Shown: positions 10,501 through 21,384, numbered from the stretch's first letter. The stretch: DNA of 64,000 bases from Acidobacteriota bacterium (GCA_019244185.1 JAFATB010000025.1:128001-192000), one strand, 5' to 3'. Program-made: numbers and translations. The notes: generated by a model not told the origin, from the letters alone.

Positions 10501-13500
10501 ACCACCGGCGTCACGGTCGGCAACGGCTGCACGGCGATCTCGGTCGGCGTCGCCGGCACCGGCAACATCATCAGCGGCAACAACGGCAACGGCGTGGAGC
10601 TCTACGCCAGCGGCACGGTCGTCCGCGCGAACATCATCGGCGGCGACGGCCTCGGGCTCGGCTTCCTCGCGAACGGCCACGGCATCTACATCGCCCCCGG
10701 CGCCGGCGCGAACACGATCGGCGGCGCGTCGCCGGCGGACGCGAACACGATCGTCGGCAACAGCGGCGACGGCATCCGCAGCGAAGGCACCGGCGATTCG
10801 ATCCAGAACAACCGCATCGGCGTCGCCGTCGACGGCACCACCGCGCACGGCAACAGCGGCAGCGGCATTCGCCTGCAAGGCAACGCCAGCGGCAACGGCA
10901 TCGGCTGGATGATGGCGAACACGATCGCGTACAACACCGGCGACGGTGTGTCCGTCATCGACACCGCGATCGGCAACGCCATCCGCACGAACGCCATCTA
11001 CGGCAACGGCGGCAACGCCATCGACCTCGGCGACGACGGCCCGACCGCGAACGACGCCACCGACTCCGACACCGGTCCGAACGGCAAGCAGAACTACCCG
11101 AGCGTCTCCAGCGCGCACCTCAACGGCGCGAATCTCGACGTCACCTTCTCGCTCGACTCGAGCGGCGGCACCAACGCGAACTACTTCCTCGTCGACGTCT
11201 ACAAAGCCGATGGAACGGGACAGGCGGCCGCATACGTCGGCAGCAGCACCTGCCTCGCCGGCCCGACGCTGGCGACGACCTACACCTTCCCCGCCGGCTC
11301 GCTCACGACCGGCGACAAAGTCGTCCTCGGCGTGAGCGCGTACAGCGACGCCGGCTGCGCGACGAACAGCGAAGGCACCTCCGAGCTCTCGCCGTCCGCC
11401 ACCGTCAGCGGCGACGTGCACTGGACCGGCCTCACCGGCGCGTGGGAGCTCGCCTCGAACTGGCTGCCCGCGCACGTGCCGACGACGAACGACAACGTCT
11501 ACATCGACGCGAGCGGCACCTACACCGTCACGCTCTCATCGCCCGCGAGCTTCAACGCGCTGCACGTCGGCGCGGCGAGCGGCACGCAGACGCTCGGCGT
11601 CAACGGCTCGCTCTCGATCGGCGCGCCGAGCAGCGTCGACGCGAACGGCGTCTTCACGCTCAACTCGAATCTCAGCGGCAACGGCTCGCTCGACGTCAAC
11701 TCCGGCGGCACGCTGAACTGGATCACCGGCACGATCGGCGGCAGCGCCGCGCTCAACATCAACTCCGGCGCGACCGCGACGCTCAGCAGCGCGAACACGA
11801 AGGTGCTCTCCGCGCGCCTCCTCACCGTCGCCACCGGCGGAAACCTCACGTGGAGCGGCGGAACGTTCTTTTTGCAGACCGGCGCCGCGATCGCGAACCA
11901 CGGCACGTTCGCGATCCAGAGCGACGCCACCCTCGCCGACAACGGCGGCGCCGGCGCGTTCGACAACTACGCGAGCGTCACGAAGAGCGTCACCACCGGC
12001 GTCACGACGTTCGGCAACGTCGCGTTCAACCATCACTCCGGCACGCTCGACATCCAGACCGGCAGCATCAATCCAGCGAACGGCACCGCGACCGCGGCGA
12101 TCAGCATCGGCAGCAGTTCCGAACTCACGATCGACTCCGACACCTTCACCCTCGGCACCGGCACGTCCTTCAGCGGTACCGGCGCGCTGCATGTCACGGG
12201 CGGGACGCTGACCGCCGACGGCACGTTCTCCGTTCCCAACTTCAAGATGGACGGCGGCACGCTGAACGGCAGCGGCACGATCTCGCTCGCCGGCGGCTCG
12301 TGGACCACCGGCACGATGTCCGGCAGCGGCACGTCGACCATTCCGAACGCCGCGAACATCTCGTTCTCGACCGCGAACACGAAGACCCTCGCACGCGCGC
12401 TGACGATCGCCACCGGCGGCACCGCCACGTGGAGCGGCGGCACGTTCTTCCTGCAGAGCGGCGGCACGATCACGAACAACGGCACCTTCGACGCCGCGTC
12501 CGACGCCACGATGGCGGACAACGGCGGCGCCGGCGCGTTCACGAACAACAATCTCTTCCGCAAGTCCGCTGGCAGCGCCACGGCGACGCTCCTCAGCGGG
12601 ATCACGCTGAACAACAACGGCAACATCCAGGTGCTCACCGGCACGCTGAATCCCGCCACGATCAACAACGTTGGCGCGCTGTCGCTCACGGGCGAGCTCC
12701 TCGTCGACTCCGACACCGTCACGCTCAGCGCCGGCACGACCGTGAGCGGCAGCGGAACGTTGAAGGTGACCGGCGGCACGCTGACCATCGACGGCTCGCC
12801 GTCGATCCCGCTCCTCCGCGTCGATGCCGGGACCGTGAACGGCAGCGGCAACTTCACGAGCGCCAACCTGCAGTGGAACAGCGGCACGTTCTCCGGCAGC
12901 GGCACGACGACGATTCCGAACCTCGGCGTCCTGACGCTCGGCACCGGCAACACGAAAGTGCTCGCGCGTTCGCTCGTCATCAGCAGCGGCGGCGTGGCCA
13001 CGGTCACCGGCACCGGTACGCTGTTCCTGCAAAGCGGCGGCAACATCACCAACAACGGCCTCTTCGGCCTCGAGGCTGATTCGACGATCGCCGACAACGG
13101 CGCCGCCGGCGCGTTCACGAACAACGCTACGCTGCGCAAGTCGGTCACCACCGGCTCGACGATCCTCGGCGGCATCACGCTCAACAGCACGGGCACGCTC
13201 GATCTGCAAACCGGCACGCTCGATCTCGCCGGCGGCACCGCGAGCGGCACGCTGTCGCTCACGAGCGGCGCGGTCTTCGCCGTCAACTCCGACAGCTACA
13301 CGCTTTCCGGCACGACCGTCACGGGCAGCGGCCTCGTGCAGCTCAGCGGCGGCGCGTTGCTCATCAACGGCAGCGTCACCATTCCGAAGTTCCAGCAGAA
13401 CGGCGGCACGCTCGACGGCACCGGCACGTTCACCGTCGGCAGCCTCGCCGACTGGTCCACCGGCACCCAGCAGGGCAGCGGCACGACGTCCGTCGCGAAC

Positions 13501-16500
13501 GGCGCGAAGCTGACGCTCAGCAGCGCGAACACGAAAGTGCTCATGCGCGCGCTGCAGACCGTCGCCGGCGGCACGCTCGAGGTGAACGGCAGCGGCACGA
13601 TGTTCCTGCAGTCCGGCGGCTCGATCGCGAACAACGGCGCGCTCGACCTCAAAGCAGACAACACGTTGACCAACGGCGGCGCCGCCGGAACCATCGTCAA
13701 CAACGGGACCATCACGAAGTCGACGACGTTCGGCACGACGGCGATTTCGTCGATCGCGTTCACGAACAACGGCACGCTCGATCTGCAGAGCGGCATCGTC
13801 AACGTCGCCGGCGCGTACACGCAGAGCGGCACCGGCACGCTCCATCTCTGGCTCGGCGGCACGACGCCCGGCACGCAGTACTCGCAGCTCGTCACCGCGT
13901 CGAACCCGTCGCTCGCCGGCACGCTGACCGTCAGTCTCAACGGTCCGTATCAGCCGAACGGCGGCGACTCGTTCCGCGCGCTGAGCATCCCCGGCGGCAC
14001 GCATGCGGGCGACTTCAATCATCCGTACGGCTACCCCGCGCTCGCCCTCGGCCGCACGTTCAGCGACGCCTTCGACACGAACGGATTGCTGCTCACCGTC
14101 AGCGGCAACGCCGATCTCTCCATCGCCAAGACGGCGCCGTCGAACGTGCTCGCCGGCAATCCGATCAACTACACGCTGACCGTCAGCAACGCCGGTCCCG
14201 ATGCCGCGAGCGGCGTCACCGTCACCGACCTCCTTCCCGCCGGCCACAGCGGCATCACCGCGAGCGGCACCGGCTGGAACTGCAACGTCGTGACGCTCAC
14301 CGTGACGTGCACCGCGACGTCGATGCTCGCCACCGGCGCGGCGCCCGCGATCACGATCAGCGCGACCACGCCGTCGGTCCCGAGCACGATCCTCAACACC
14401 GCCACGGTCGCCTCCGCGAACGACACGAACGCCGGGAACGACAGCGGCAGCGCAACCGTCACGCTCGACGCGCCGCAGGCCGACGTCGAGCTGACGTCGC
14501 AGACGCCGGCCGGCAGCGTCGCCACCAGCACGCCGGTGTCGATCACGTTCGTCCTCACGAACCACGGACCGCAGTCCGCGACCGGCGTCACCCTCACCGC
14601 GACGATCCCGTCGTCCCTCGCGTTCAACGGCGCCACGCCCGCCAGCGGCTCGTGCGGCTTCGCGGCCGGCACGCTCACCTGCAACGTCGGCACGATCGCG
14701 CCGCTCGGCTCGGTCAACGTCGTCGTGAATCTCACCACCGGGACGACCACCGGCACGCAGACGCCGAACGGCAGCGTCACCGCGATCGAGACCGATCCGA
14801 ACCCCGGCAACAACAGCATCCCCGCGCCGATCTCCGTCGGCGGCAGCAGCGTCACCGTGACGAACGTCAACGACTCCGGCGACGGCTCGCTGCGTCAGGC
14901 GCTGCTCGACGCGCAGAGCAACGTCTGCGCGAGCCCGTGCACGATCGCGTTCAACATCGGCTCCGGCGTGATGATCCAGCCCACGAGCGATCTCCCCGCG
15001 CTCGTCACCGGCACGATCCTCGACGCGACGACGCAGCCCGGCTACAGCGGCGCGCCGGTCCTCCAGCTCGACCTGTCGCTCGACCCCGGCAACACCGCGG
15101 GGCTGCACGTCAGCGGCAACAACGTCACCATTCGCGGCCTCGCCATCACCAAGGCCACGAGCGGCATCGAGATCGACGGCAACAACGCGAAGATCGAATC
15201 GAACTTCATCGGCATCGATCTCACGGACGTCACCGCGGCGAATGGCATCGGCATGCTGATTCGAGGAAACAACAACACGATCGGCGGCGGCACGGCCGCG
15301 AAGCGGAACGTGATCTCCGGCAACACGACGGCCGGCGTGCAGGTCGAATCGAGCGCCACCGGCAACGTCGTCGCCGGCAACTTCATCGGCGTCGACGCGA
15401 GCGGCAACCTCGCGCGCGCGAACGGCACCGGCGTGAAGTTCGTCGCGCAGGCGAGCTCGAACACCATCGGCGGCTCCGCGGCGGAAGCCAACGTCATCTC
15501 CGGCAACACGAGCTACGGCGTCTTCATCGAAGGCGGCGCCACCAACGCCACCGCCGACGCGAACGTTGTCTCGTACAACTCCATCGGACCTTCCGCCTCC
15601 GGCACGATCGCGTTCGGCGCCTCGCTCGCCGGCGTCGCCGTCAACGACAACGCCGGCGCGACGCAGATCCACCACAACACGATCTCCGGCAACGGCAACG
15701 GCGTCGAGCTCTCCGGCAGCGGCACGACCGGCGCCGTCGTGCATTCGAATCTCATCGGCCTCGCGTCCGACGGCGTGACGCTCATGGGCAACGTGCAGGC
15801 CGGTCTCGTGATCAACGGCGCGAGCGACTCCGTGATCGGCGGCACCGCCAACGGCGGCAACACGATCAGCGGCAACGCCACGAACGGCATCAACGTCGTC
15901 GCCGGCTCCGGCAACGAGATCACCGGCAACACGATCCTCGCGCCCTCCGGACTCCCGATCGACCTCGGCGCTGACGGCGCGACGCCGAACGACATCGGCG
16001 ACGGCGACACCGGCCCGAACGGCCGCCAGAACTCGCCCACGCTCACCGGCGCGTTCCTCGACGGCGGCGGGAACCTGCACTTGAGCTACAACATCGACTC
16101 GAGCGCGACGAGCAACGGCTCGATCCTCGTCGAGTTCTTCAAAGCCAGCAGCGGTCAGCCGCAGACGTTCCTCACGCGCGTCTGCACCGCGGCGAACGCG
16201 TTCGGCAACGGGACGTCGCTCCTGCCGTCCGGCATCGCGCTCGGCAACACGATTGTCGCGACGGCGACGAGCTACGCGGACAATGCCTGCAACACCATCG
16301 GCGACGGCACGTCGGAAGTCTCGAACGCCGTCGTCGTCACCGCGTGCACGCCGCCGCCGGTCTCGATCAGCGGTCCGAGCGCGTCGTGCGCGGGCAACAG
16401 CGTCACGCTCAACGCGGGCAGCGGCTACGCGTCGTATCTCTGGTCGACCGGCGCGGCGACGCAGTCGATCACCGTTTCGCCGACGAGCACGACGACGTTC

Positions 16501-19500
16501 ACCGTCACCGTCACCGACGCGAACGGCTGCAGCAACAGCGCGTCGAAGACCGTGAACGTCACCGCGGCTCCGGTCGCGGCGATCGCCGGTCCGTCCGCGA
16601 CGTGCGCCGGCACGCCGGTCACGCTCGACGCGGGCGCGGGCTTCGCGTCGTATCTCTGGTCCAACGGCGCGACGACGCAGCAGATCACCGTCACGCCGTC
16701 GTCGACGACGAGCTACAGCGTCACCGTCGGCAACGGCACGTGCACGACGACGAGCGCGCCGCACACCGTCACCGTGTCGTCGACGCCGGTCGCGACAATC
16801 ACCGCGCCCGCCACCGTCTGCGCGGGCTCGACGGGCCACGTCGCCTCGGCACCGACGCAGGCCGGCGCGACGTACAACTGGATCGTGACCAACGGCACGC
16901 TCACCGCGGGCCAGGGCACGAACAGCATCACCTTCACCGCCGGCGCCACCGGCAACGTCGCCCTCAGTGTCACCGCGACGCAGGGCACGTGCACGAGCAA
17001 CGGCTCGACCAGCGTGCCGATCGTGCAGCCGCCGGTCGTGACCATCACCGGTCCGACGACCGCGTGCCCGAGCACGCAGTTCACCCTCGACGCCGGCAGC
17101 GGCTACGCGAGCTATCAGTGGTCGAACGGCGCGACGACGCCCACGATCACGCTCGCGCAGCTCGCGCCGTCCGCGGTTTACAGCGTTACCGTCACCACGG
17201 CCGCCGGCTGCTCCGCCACCGCGTCGCACACCGTGACGCTGAGCGCCGCGCCGAGCGCCGTCATCACGGCGCCGTCATCCGTCACCGCATCGTCCTCCGG
17301 CAACGCCGCCAGCGTGGCCGCGACCGCGGGCGCGACGTACGCGTGGTCGGTGACGAACGGCCATCTCGACGCCGGCCAGGGCACGAGTGCGATCGCGTTC
17401 ACCGCCGGCGCGTCGGGCAACACCGTGCTGCACGTCACCGTCACCGCCGGCGGCTGCTCGTCGAGCAGCACGAAGTCGGTCGTCAACAGCGGCGGCAACA
17501 ACAACAACGGCGCGGACCTCGCGATCACGAAGACCGCGCCCTCGTCCGTCAACACCGGCGCGACGCTCGTCTACACGATCAATGTCGTCAACCACGGACC
17601 GTCGGCGGCAGCCGGCGTTTCCATCACGGACGACCTCCCCGCCGGCACCACGCTCCTCTCGATCGACGACGGACCGTGGACGTGCGGCGCCGCCGGCAGC
17701 TCGATCTTCTGCAGCGGCAACGCCGCCGCGGGCGCGAGCAGCACGATTCTCCTCACCGTCACCGCGCCGCAGCAGCCGGGCACGATCGTGAACCATGTCG
17801 CCATCGACGCGGCCACGCCCGATCCCGACGCGACGAACAACAGCGCCAGCGCCGCGACGAACGTCGTCTCGCCGGCGCCGAACTGCACGAGCGTGCCGCC
17901 GTCGCTCGTCGCACCGGCGGACGGCGCGACGAACCTCACCTCGCCCGTCACGTTCACGTGGTCGCCGGTCAGCGGCGCCGCGGAGTACGAGCTGTGGCTC
18001 GACGACCAGCTCGCCGGCAGCACCACGTCGGCGACGCTGACGCACGTCGCACCGAGCGGGACGAATCACTGGTTCGTCGTCGCGCGCTTCACCAGCGGCT
18101 GCGACGCGCTCACCTCCGCGACGCGCACGTTCGACGTCACGCCGAATGCGAACTGCGACGCGCACACGAAAACGCAGATCACCGCGCCCGCGCTCAACTC
18201 GACGATCAACGCGCCGGTGACCTTCTCGTGGATGCCCGTGCCGCAGGCGATCGGCTATCGCGTCTGGGTCGACGTCGACGGCGGCGGCTTGCAGGACGTC
18301 GGCACGACCGACGGCGCGATCTTCCTCACTGCCAACGTGCCGCCGGGCGCCGTGGTCGCGTATGTCGACGCGCTCTTCAGCGGCTGCCCGCCGGTGCGCA
18401 GCGACGGCCTCGCGTTCAACGTCGCGCGTCCCGATCCGTGCGCCTCGCGCGCGACCGCCGCGCCCATCGCCCCCGCGAACAACGCTGTCGTCGCGAGCTC
18501 GTCGATCGACTTCCAGTGGACCGCCGCGAGCGGCGCGAGCGAGTACCGCGTGTGGGCCGAGGTCGACGACGCGCCCGCCGCGCTCCTCGGCACCACGTCC
18601 GACACGATTCTGCACGCCACGATCGCGCACGGCAGCATCCGCTGGTGGATCGAAGCGCTGTACGACGGCTGCGCGTCGACGACGTCCGCGACCTCACGCT
18701 TCACGGTGCCCGCCGCGCAGAGCTGCGGCACCGCCGTGCCGTCGCTCGTCTCTCCCGCGAACGGCGCGAACGTCGCCGCGGGCAACGTCACGTTCAGCTG
18801 GTCGTCCGTCGACGGCGCGCTCGGCTACGAGCTCTGGCTCTCGCACAACCACGGCACGCCGGCGCTCGCCGGCACCACCGCCACGACCTCGCTCGCGCAC
18901 GTCGTGCCGGCCGGCACGCTGACGTGGTTCGTGCGCGTGCTCGTCGACCGCTGCCCCGCGCGCGACTCGCAGCGCGCGACCTTCACCGCCACGCTCGCCG
19001 ACGCATGCGCCGCGCACAAGCGCGCCGTTCTCGTCGCGCCGCTTCGCAATGCGGAGGTCACCTCCCCCGCGGCGTTTGCATGGAACGGCGTCGCCGGCGC
19101 CACCGGCTACGAAGTCTTCGTCGTCCGCGGCCACGACGCGCCGCAGCGCATCGCCTCGACCACCGCCACGGCCGTCAACGGCATCGCGCTGACGCCGGGA
19201 CGTCTGCGCTGGTTCGTGCGCGCGAGCTTCGGCGGCACGTGCCCCGCGCTCGACTCCGACGACCGCCGCGTGACGATCGTCGCAACGCCGGCCGCGTGCG
19301 CGCCGCTGGAACCGCCTTCCATCACGGCACCCGGACAGATTTCCGCCAATCTGCCGTTCCTGCTGCAATGGACGCCGTCCGCCGGCGCCACCGCGTATCA
19401 ACTGCAGGTCGCCTCCAGCGCGAACTTCAGCGACGCGCAGCTCATCACCACCACCGGCACGCAGCAGCCGCTCGTGCGTCCGAACGACGGCCACGCGCCG

Positions 19501-21384
19501 GTCGCGCTGTACGCGCGCGTTCGCGCGATCGACACGCGCTGCCAGCCGTCGCCGACCGTCAGCGCGTACGGTTCCACCTCCGCGATCTTCATCCTGCCGA
19601 ACGCCGGCGAAGCGTCCGCGCCCTTCGGCCAGAGCGGCACGACGTCGTTCTCCATTCCGCTCGGCAGCGAGTTCGCCGGACAAGGCTTCACCGCGACGCC
19701 GAATCAGCCGTGGCTCACGGTTACTCCGGCCTCCGGCGTCGTGCCTCCGAGCGGCATCACGCTGCACGTCGTCGCCGACGCCGCCTCACTCCCGGTCGGC
19801 ACGAGCCTCGGCGGCGTGCGCGTCGCGCTCACCGGCGCGTCGTCGTCGAACGCCGCGCGTAAGGCGTCGAGCGTCTTCACCTCGACGATGACGATGAACC
19901 TCGTCACGCCGGTGTCGCCGGTACCGCACGACACGCCGCCGCCCGACGCGCTCATCATCCCCGCCGTCGCCCACGCGACCGGCATCAACTCGCAGTTCGA
20001 GTCCGACGTACGCGTGACGAACGCGTCGCCCGAGGTCGTGCAGTACCAGCTCACGTTCACGCCGAGCGGCGAGGACGGGATCAGCGACGGACGGCAGACC
20101 ACGTTCTCGATCGAGCCGGGGAACACCATCGCGCTCGACGACATCCTGCGCACGTGGTTCGGCACCGGCTCGGGCAGCATCGCCGGCGTGCTCGAAGTGC
20201 GCCCGCTCACGCAGACGGCGCCGTTCACGTCGAGCGCCGCGTTCTCCGGTCTTGCCGACCTCACCTCGTTCGCGTCGTCGCGCACGTTCAACGTCACGCC
20301 CAACGGCACGTTCGGCCAGTACATCCCGGCCATTCCGTTCGCGAACTTCGTCGGCGGCCTCGTGAACGGCAGCCGGTCCGTCATCTCGCTGCAGCAGGTC
20401 GCACAGTCCGACCGCTATCGCACGAACCTCGGCATCGTCGAAGGTTCCGGCGAGCCGGCGTCGCTCACGCTCACCGTCTTCGGCAGCAACGGCCAGCAGC
20501 TCGGCGCGTTCCCGATCGAGCTCGCCGGCGGCGAGCATCGCCAGCTCAACCTCGGCCAGCTCGGCGTGCCGTCGCTCGATGACGGTCGCGTCGAAGTCGC
20601 CGTCACCTCGCCCGGCGGCAAGATCACGGCGTACGCGTCGGTGCTCGACAACCAGACCAACGATCCGCTGCTCGTCTCGCCTGTCACGCTGAACGATCAG
20701 GGCGCGACGAAGTGGGTCATCCCCGGCGTCGCGGACCTCGACAACGGCACCGCGAACTGGCAGACCGACATGCGTCTCTTCAACGCCAGCACGACCGACG
20801 TCGACGCGTTGCTGTCGTTCTACTCGCAGAACGGCGGCACGCCGCGCACGCAGAGCATCACCATTCCCGCGGGCCAGGTACGCGAGCTCGATCGCACGCT
20901 GTCGAGCGTGTTCGGCGCGTCGAACGACGGCGGCGCGGTGCACGTCGAGACCGCGTCACCGGCGCGCCTCATCGCCACCGCGCGCACGTACAACCAGACC
21001 ACGCACGGCACGTACGGCCAGTTCATCTCCGGCGTCACGCCGGCGGAAGCGGCGGGCATCGAGAACCGTCCGCTGCAGCTGCTGCAGGTCGAGGAGAGCG
21101 ATCGTTTCCGCTCGAACATCGGCCTCGCCGAAGTCACCGGCAACCCCGTCACCATCGAGCTCTCCGTGCTGCCGCCGGACGCGAAAGTCACCGCGGTCAC
21201 GGAGCTCACGCTCGGCCCGAACGAGTTCCGTCAGCTGAACTCGCTCCTGCAGAGCGTGGGACTGGCGAACACGTACAACGCTCGCGTGACCGTGCGCGTG
21301 ATCGGCGGCACCGGCCGCGTCACCGCGTACGCGAGCGTGATCGACATGCAGACGAACGATCCGACCTACGTTCCGGCGCAGTGA
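7531..21384 (+). CDS. Giant (4617 aa) secreted/surface adhesin-like protein: beta-helix repeats, DUF11, Ig/PKD-like, FnIII-like, BACON-like and a shared C-terminal module
   Basis: GAGGAG SD, signal peptide, G/T/N/S-rich beta-strand repeats, ADLSIAKT/ADLAITKT DUF11 starts, CSLREA-like 'DSGxGTLRDAI', parallel beta-helix; uninterrupted ORF. Confidence 0.9.
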   Translation: MNRRWSVVVAVAALCLAPALYGTTNYQSNGAGGGDWLLPTTWSPLGIPGAGDTVTIVGTDTVIVTGIVSADSITVQGGQLELDLAGFLTANTVTVNAAFANAAVVLNGGALTTTGNIDIDGGSSTSAQLQFGALGGTLNDGGSLNFAGLLKQLTFSGAGTLNIAGDLGAGASFLAGGSTINFNGSGPQTINAYTFHDFSVSKATGTATLNGPITVNGSFAVTSGVLDDGGNQISLNAGSSSSITIGTNGVLKLGSAGSATSFPTPYASIFFSPGSTVVYHAGVAQSVNDALTYQNLWITTAGGSVTHTSAGPTLNVNGTLTILNNGANTATLSIGSSALDLNGNLAGDGTLSATSGAINISGDWAATTNLSAGTGSTVTYDGAFGSQNVGGVTYNNLTINKLLGTATLAGAATVNGNLNITAGSFDTGGQSLTVGGTLTNGSTLVAGASNVILGGNFTNNGALSGASATFKLNGTAAQTWTNNVGVTVGTLEMNNPVGATLSGAGGISVSTLLKLNGANVTVGGGGLFVDVLALISRTSGWIIGPLTLGMNPSPARTFPIGTAFAYLPVDADSGSAGQLTIEAVEGKHPSRTGNNVLDRYWRIESPSSVTPIDALTFHYNAGDVTTGTESQYGLAQYSAGIWTRKGDVVDEVNHNAGLTNVTGYFSDWIIGQPGSTGGASKLAITGVNGGSDPGVGAPFAVNIESQNDSGTPTSVSSGTVVALSVLAGAGPLGGTTSGTIFTNNSTLTINNVTYGTAENGVVLRATATSGDTLAFGDSTLFNVTAATTLTVTSLADSGAGTLRDAIATANGGGCTSPCTINFSVSGTINLTSALPTITASNLTIDGFTAPASLANTNAFGLAFNAFLGITLDGGSSTAAALDVQAIGAKIRGLVIRHFTSYGVRFSGTNTGSILSGCSIGTDGGIAAANGIGVYVDGANGVTIGGTAPADRNLISGNTNAGVSIINASSNITVEGNYIGTSATVTNVTPNTTGVTVGNGCTAISVGVAGTGNIISGNNGNGVELYASGTVVRANIIGGDGLGLGFLANGHGIYIAPGAGANTIGGASPADANTIVGNSGDGIRSEGTGDSIQNNRIGVAVDGTTAHGNSGSGIRLQGNASGNGIGWMMANTIAYNTGDGVSVIDTAIGNAIRTNAIYGNGGNAIDLGDDGPTANDATDSDTGPNGKQNYPSVSSAHLNGANLDVTFSLDSSGGTNANYFLVDVYKADGTGQAAAYVGSSTCLAGPTLATTYTFPAGSLTTGDKVVLGVSAYSDAGCATNSEGTSELSPSATVSGDVHWTGLTGAWELASNWLPAHVPTTNDNVYIDASGTYTVTLSSPASFNALHVGAASGTQTLGVNGSLSIGAPSSVDANGVFTLNSNLSGNGSLDVNSGGTLNWITGTIGGSAALNINSGATATLSSANTKVLSARLLTVATGGNLTWSGGTFFLQTGAAIANHGTFAIQSDATLADNGGAGAFDNYASVTKSVTTGVTTFGNVAFNHHSGTLDIQTGSINPANGTATAAISIGSSSELTIDSDTFTLGTGTSFSGTGALHVTGGTLTADGTFSVPNFKMDGGTLNGSGTISLAGGSWTTGTMSGSGTSTIPNAANISFSTANTKTLARALTIATGGTATWSGGTFFLQSGGTITNNGTFDAASDATMADNGGAGAFTNNNLFRKSAGSATATLLSGITLNNNGNIQVLTGTLNPATINNVGALSLTGELLVDSDTVTLSAGTTVSGSGTLKVTGGTLTIDGSPSIPLLRVDAGTVNGSGNFTSANLQWNSGTFSGSGTTTIPNLGVLTLGTGNTKVLARSLVISSGGVATVTGTGTLFLQSGGNITNNGLFGLEADSTIADNGAAGAFTNNATLRKSVTTGSTILGGITLNSTGTLDLQTGTLDLAGGTASGTLSLTSGAVFAVNSDSYTLSGTTVTGSGLVQLSGGALLINGSVTIPKFQQNGGTLDGTGTFTVGSLADWSTGTQQGSGTTSVANGAKLTLSSANTKVLMRALQTVAGGTLEVNGSGTMFLQSGGSIANNGALDLKADNTLTNGGAAGTIVNNGTITKSTTFGTTAISSIAFTNNGTLDLQSGIVNVAGAYTQSGTGTLHLWLGGTTPGTQYSQLVTASNPSLAGTLTVSLNGPYQPNGGDSFRALSIPGGTHAGDFNHPYGYPALALGRTFSDAFDTNGLLLTVSGNADLSIAKTAPSNVLAGNPINYTLTVSNAGPDAASGVTVTDLLPAGHSGITASGTGWNCNVVTLTVTCTATSMLATGAAPAITISATTPSVPSTILNTATVASANDTNAGNDSGSATVTLDAPQADVELTSQTPAGSVATSTPVSITFVLTNHGPQSATGVTLTATIPSSLAFNGATPASGSCGFAAGTLTCNVGTIAPLGSVNVVVNLTTGTTTGTQTPNGSVTAIETDPNPGNNSIPAPISVGGSSVTVTNVNDSGDGSLRQALLDAQSNVCASPCTIAFNIGSGVMIQPTSDLPALVTGTILDATTQPGYSGAPVLQLDLSLDPGNTAGLHVSGNNVTIRGLAITKATSGIEIDGNNAKIESNFIGIDLTDVTAANGIGMLIRGNNNTIGGGTAAKRNVISGNTTAGVQVESSATGNVVAGNFIGVDASGNLARANGTGVKFVAQASSNTIGGSAAEANVISGNTSYGVFIEGGATNATADANVVSYNSIGPSASGTIAFGASLAGVAVNDNAGATQIHHNTISGNGNGVELSGSGTTGAVVHSNLIGLASDGVTLMGNVQAGLVINGASDSVIGGTANGGNTISGNATNGINVVAGSGNEITGNTILAPSGLPIDLGADGATPNDIGDGDTGPNGRQNSPTLTGAFLDGGGNLHLSYNIDSSATSNGSILVEFFKASSGQPQTFLTRVCTAANAFGNGTSLLPSGIALGNTIVATATSYADNACNTIGDGTSEVSNAVVVTACTPPPVSISGPSASCAGNSVTLNAGSGYASYLWSTGAATQSITVSPTSTTTFTVTVTDANGCSNSASKTVNVTAAPVAAIAGPSATCAGTPVTLDAGAGFASYLWSNGATTQQITVTPSSTTSYSVTVGNGTCTTTSAPHTVTVSSTPVATITAPATVCAGSTGHVASAPTQAGATYNWIVTNGTLTAGQGTNSITFTAGATGNVALSVTATQGTCTSNGSTSVPIVQPPVVTITGPTTACPSTQFTLDAGSGYASYQWSNGATTPTITLAQLAPSAVYSVTVTTAAGCSATASHTVTLSAAPSAVITAPSSVTASSSGNAASVAATAGATYAWSVTNGHLDAGQGTSAIAFTAGASGNTVLHVTVTAGGCSSSSTKSVVNSGGNNNNGADLAITKTAPSSVNTGATLVYTINVVNHGPSAAAGVSITDDLPAGTTLLSIDDGPWTCGAAGSSIFCSGNAAAGASSTILLTVTAPQQPGTIVNHVAIDAATPDPDATNNSASAATNVVSPAPNCTSVPPSLVAPADGATNLTSPVTFTWSPVSGAAEYELWLDDQLAGSTTSATLTHVAPSGTNHWFVVARFTSGCDALTSATRTFDVTPNANCDAHTKTQITAPALNSTINAPVTFSWMPVPQAIGYRVWVDVDGGGLQDVGTTDGAIFLTANVPPGAVVAYVDALFSGCPPVRSDGLAFNVARPDPCASRATAAPIAPANNAVVASSSIDFQWTAASGASEYRVWAEVDDAPAALLGTTSDTILHATIAHGSIRWWIEALYDGCASTTSATSRFTVPAAQSCGTAVPSLVSPANGANVAAGNVTFSWSSVDGALGYELWLSHNHGTPALAGTTATTSLAHVVPAGTLTWFVRVLVDRCPARDSQRATFTATLADACAAHKRAVLVAPLRNAEVTSPAAFAWNGVAGATGYEVFVVRGHDAPQRIASTTATAVNGIALTPGRLRWFVRASFGGTCPALDSDDRRVTIVATPAACAPLEPPSITAPGQISANLPFLLQWTPSAGATAYQLQVASSANFSDAQLITTTGTQQPLVRPNDGHAPVALYARVRAIDTRCQPSPTVSAYGSTSAIFILPNAGEASAPFGQSGTTSFSIPLGSEFAGQGFTATPNQPWLTVTPASGVVPPSGITLHVVADAASLPVGTSLGGVRVALTGASSSNAARKASSVFTSTMTMNLVTPVSPVPHDTPPPDALIIPAVAHATGINSQFESDVRVTNASPEVVQYQLTFTPSGEDGISDGRQTTFSIEPGNTIALDDILRTWFGTGSGSIAGVLEVRPLTQTAPFTSSAAFSGLADLTSFASSRTFNVTPNGTFGQYIPAIPFANFVGGLVNGSRSVISLQQVAQSDRYRTNLGIVEGSGEPASLTLTVFGSNGQQLGAFPIELAGGEHRQLNLGQLGVPSLDDGRVEVAVTSPGGKITAYASVLDNQTNDPLLVSPVTLNDQGATKWVIPGVADLDNGTANWQTDMRLFNASTTDVDALLSFYSQNGGTPRTQSITIPAGQVRELDRTLSSVFGASNDGGAVHVETASPARLIATARTYNQTTHGTYGQFISGVTPAEAAGIENRPLQLLQVEESDRFRSNIGLAEVTGNPVTIELSVLPPDAKVTAVTELTLGPNEFRQLNSLLQSVGLANTYNARVTVRVIGGTGRVTAYASVIDMQTNDPTYVPAQ

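Noticed and set aside
7504-19862. Very long alternative-frame and antisense ORFs (1323, 1808, 1897, 1172 aa) over the giant gene
   Set aside because: Shadow ORFs caused by high GC3; Arg-rich, with no domains.
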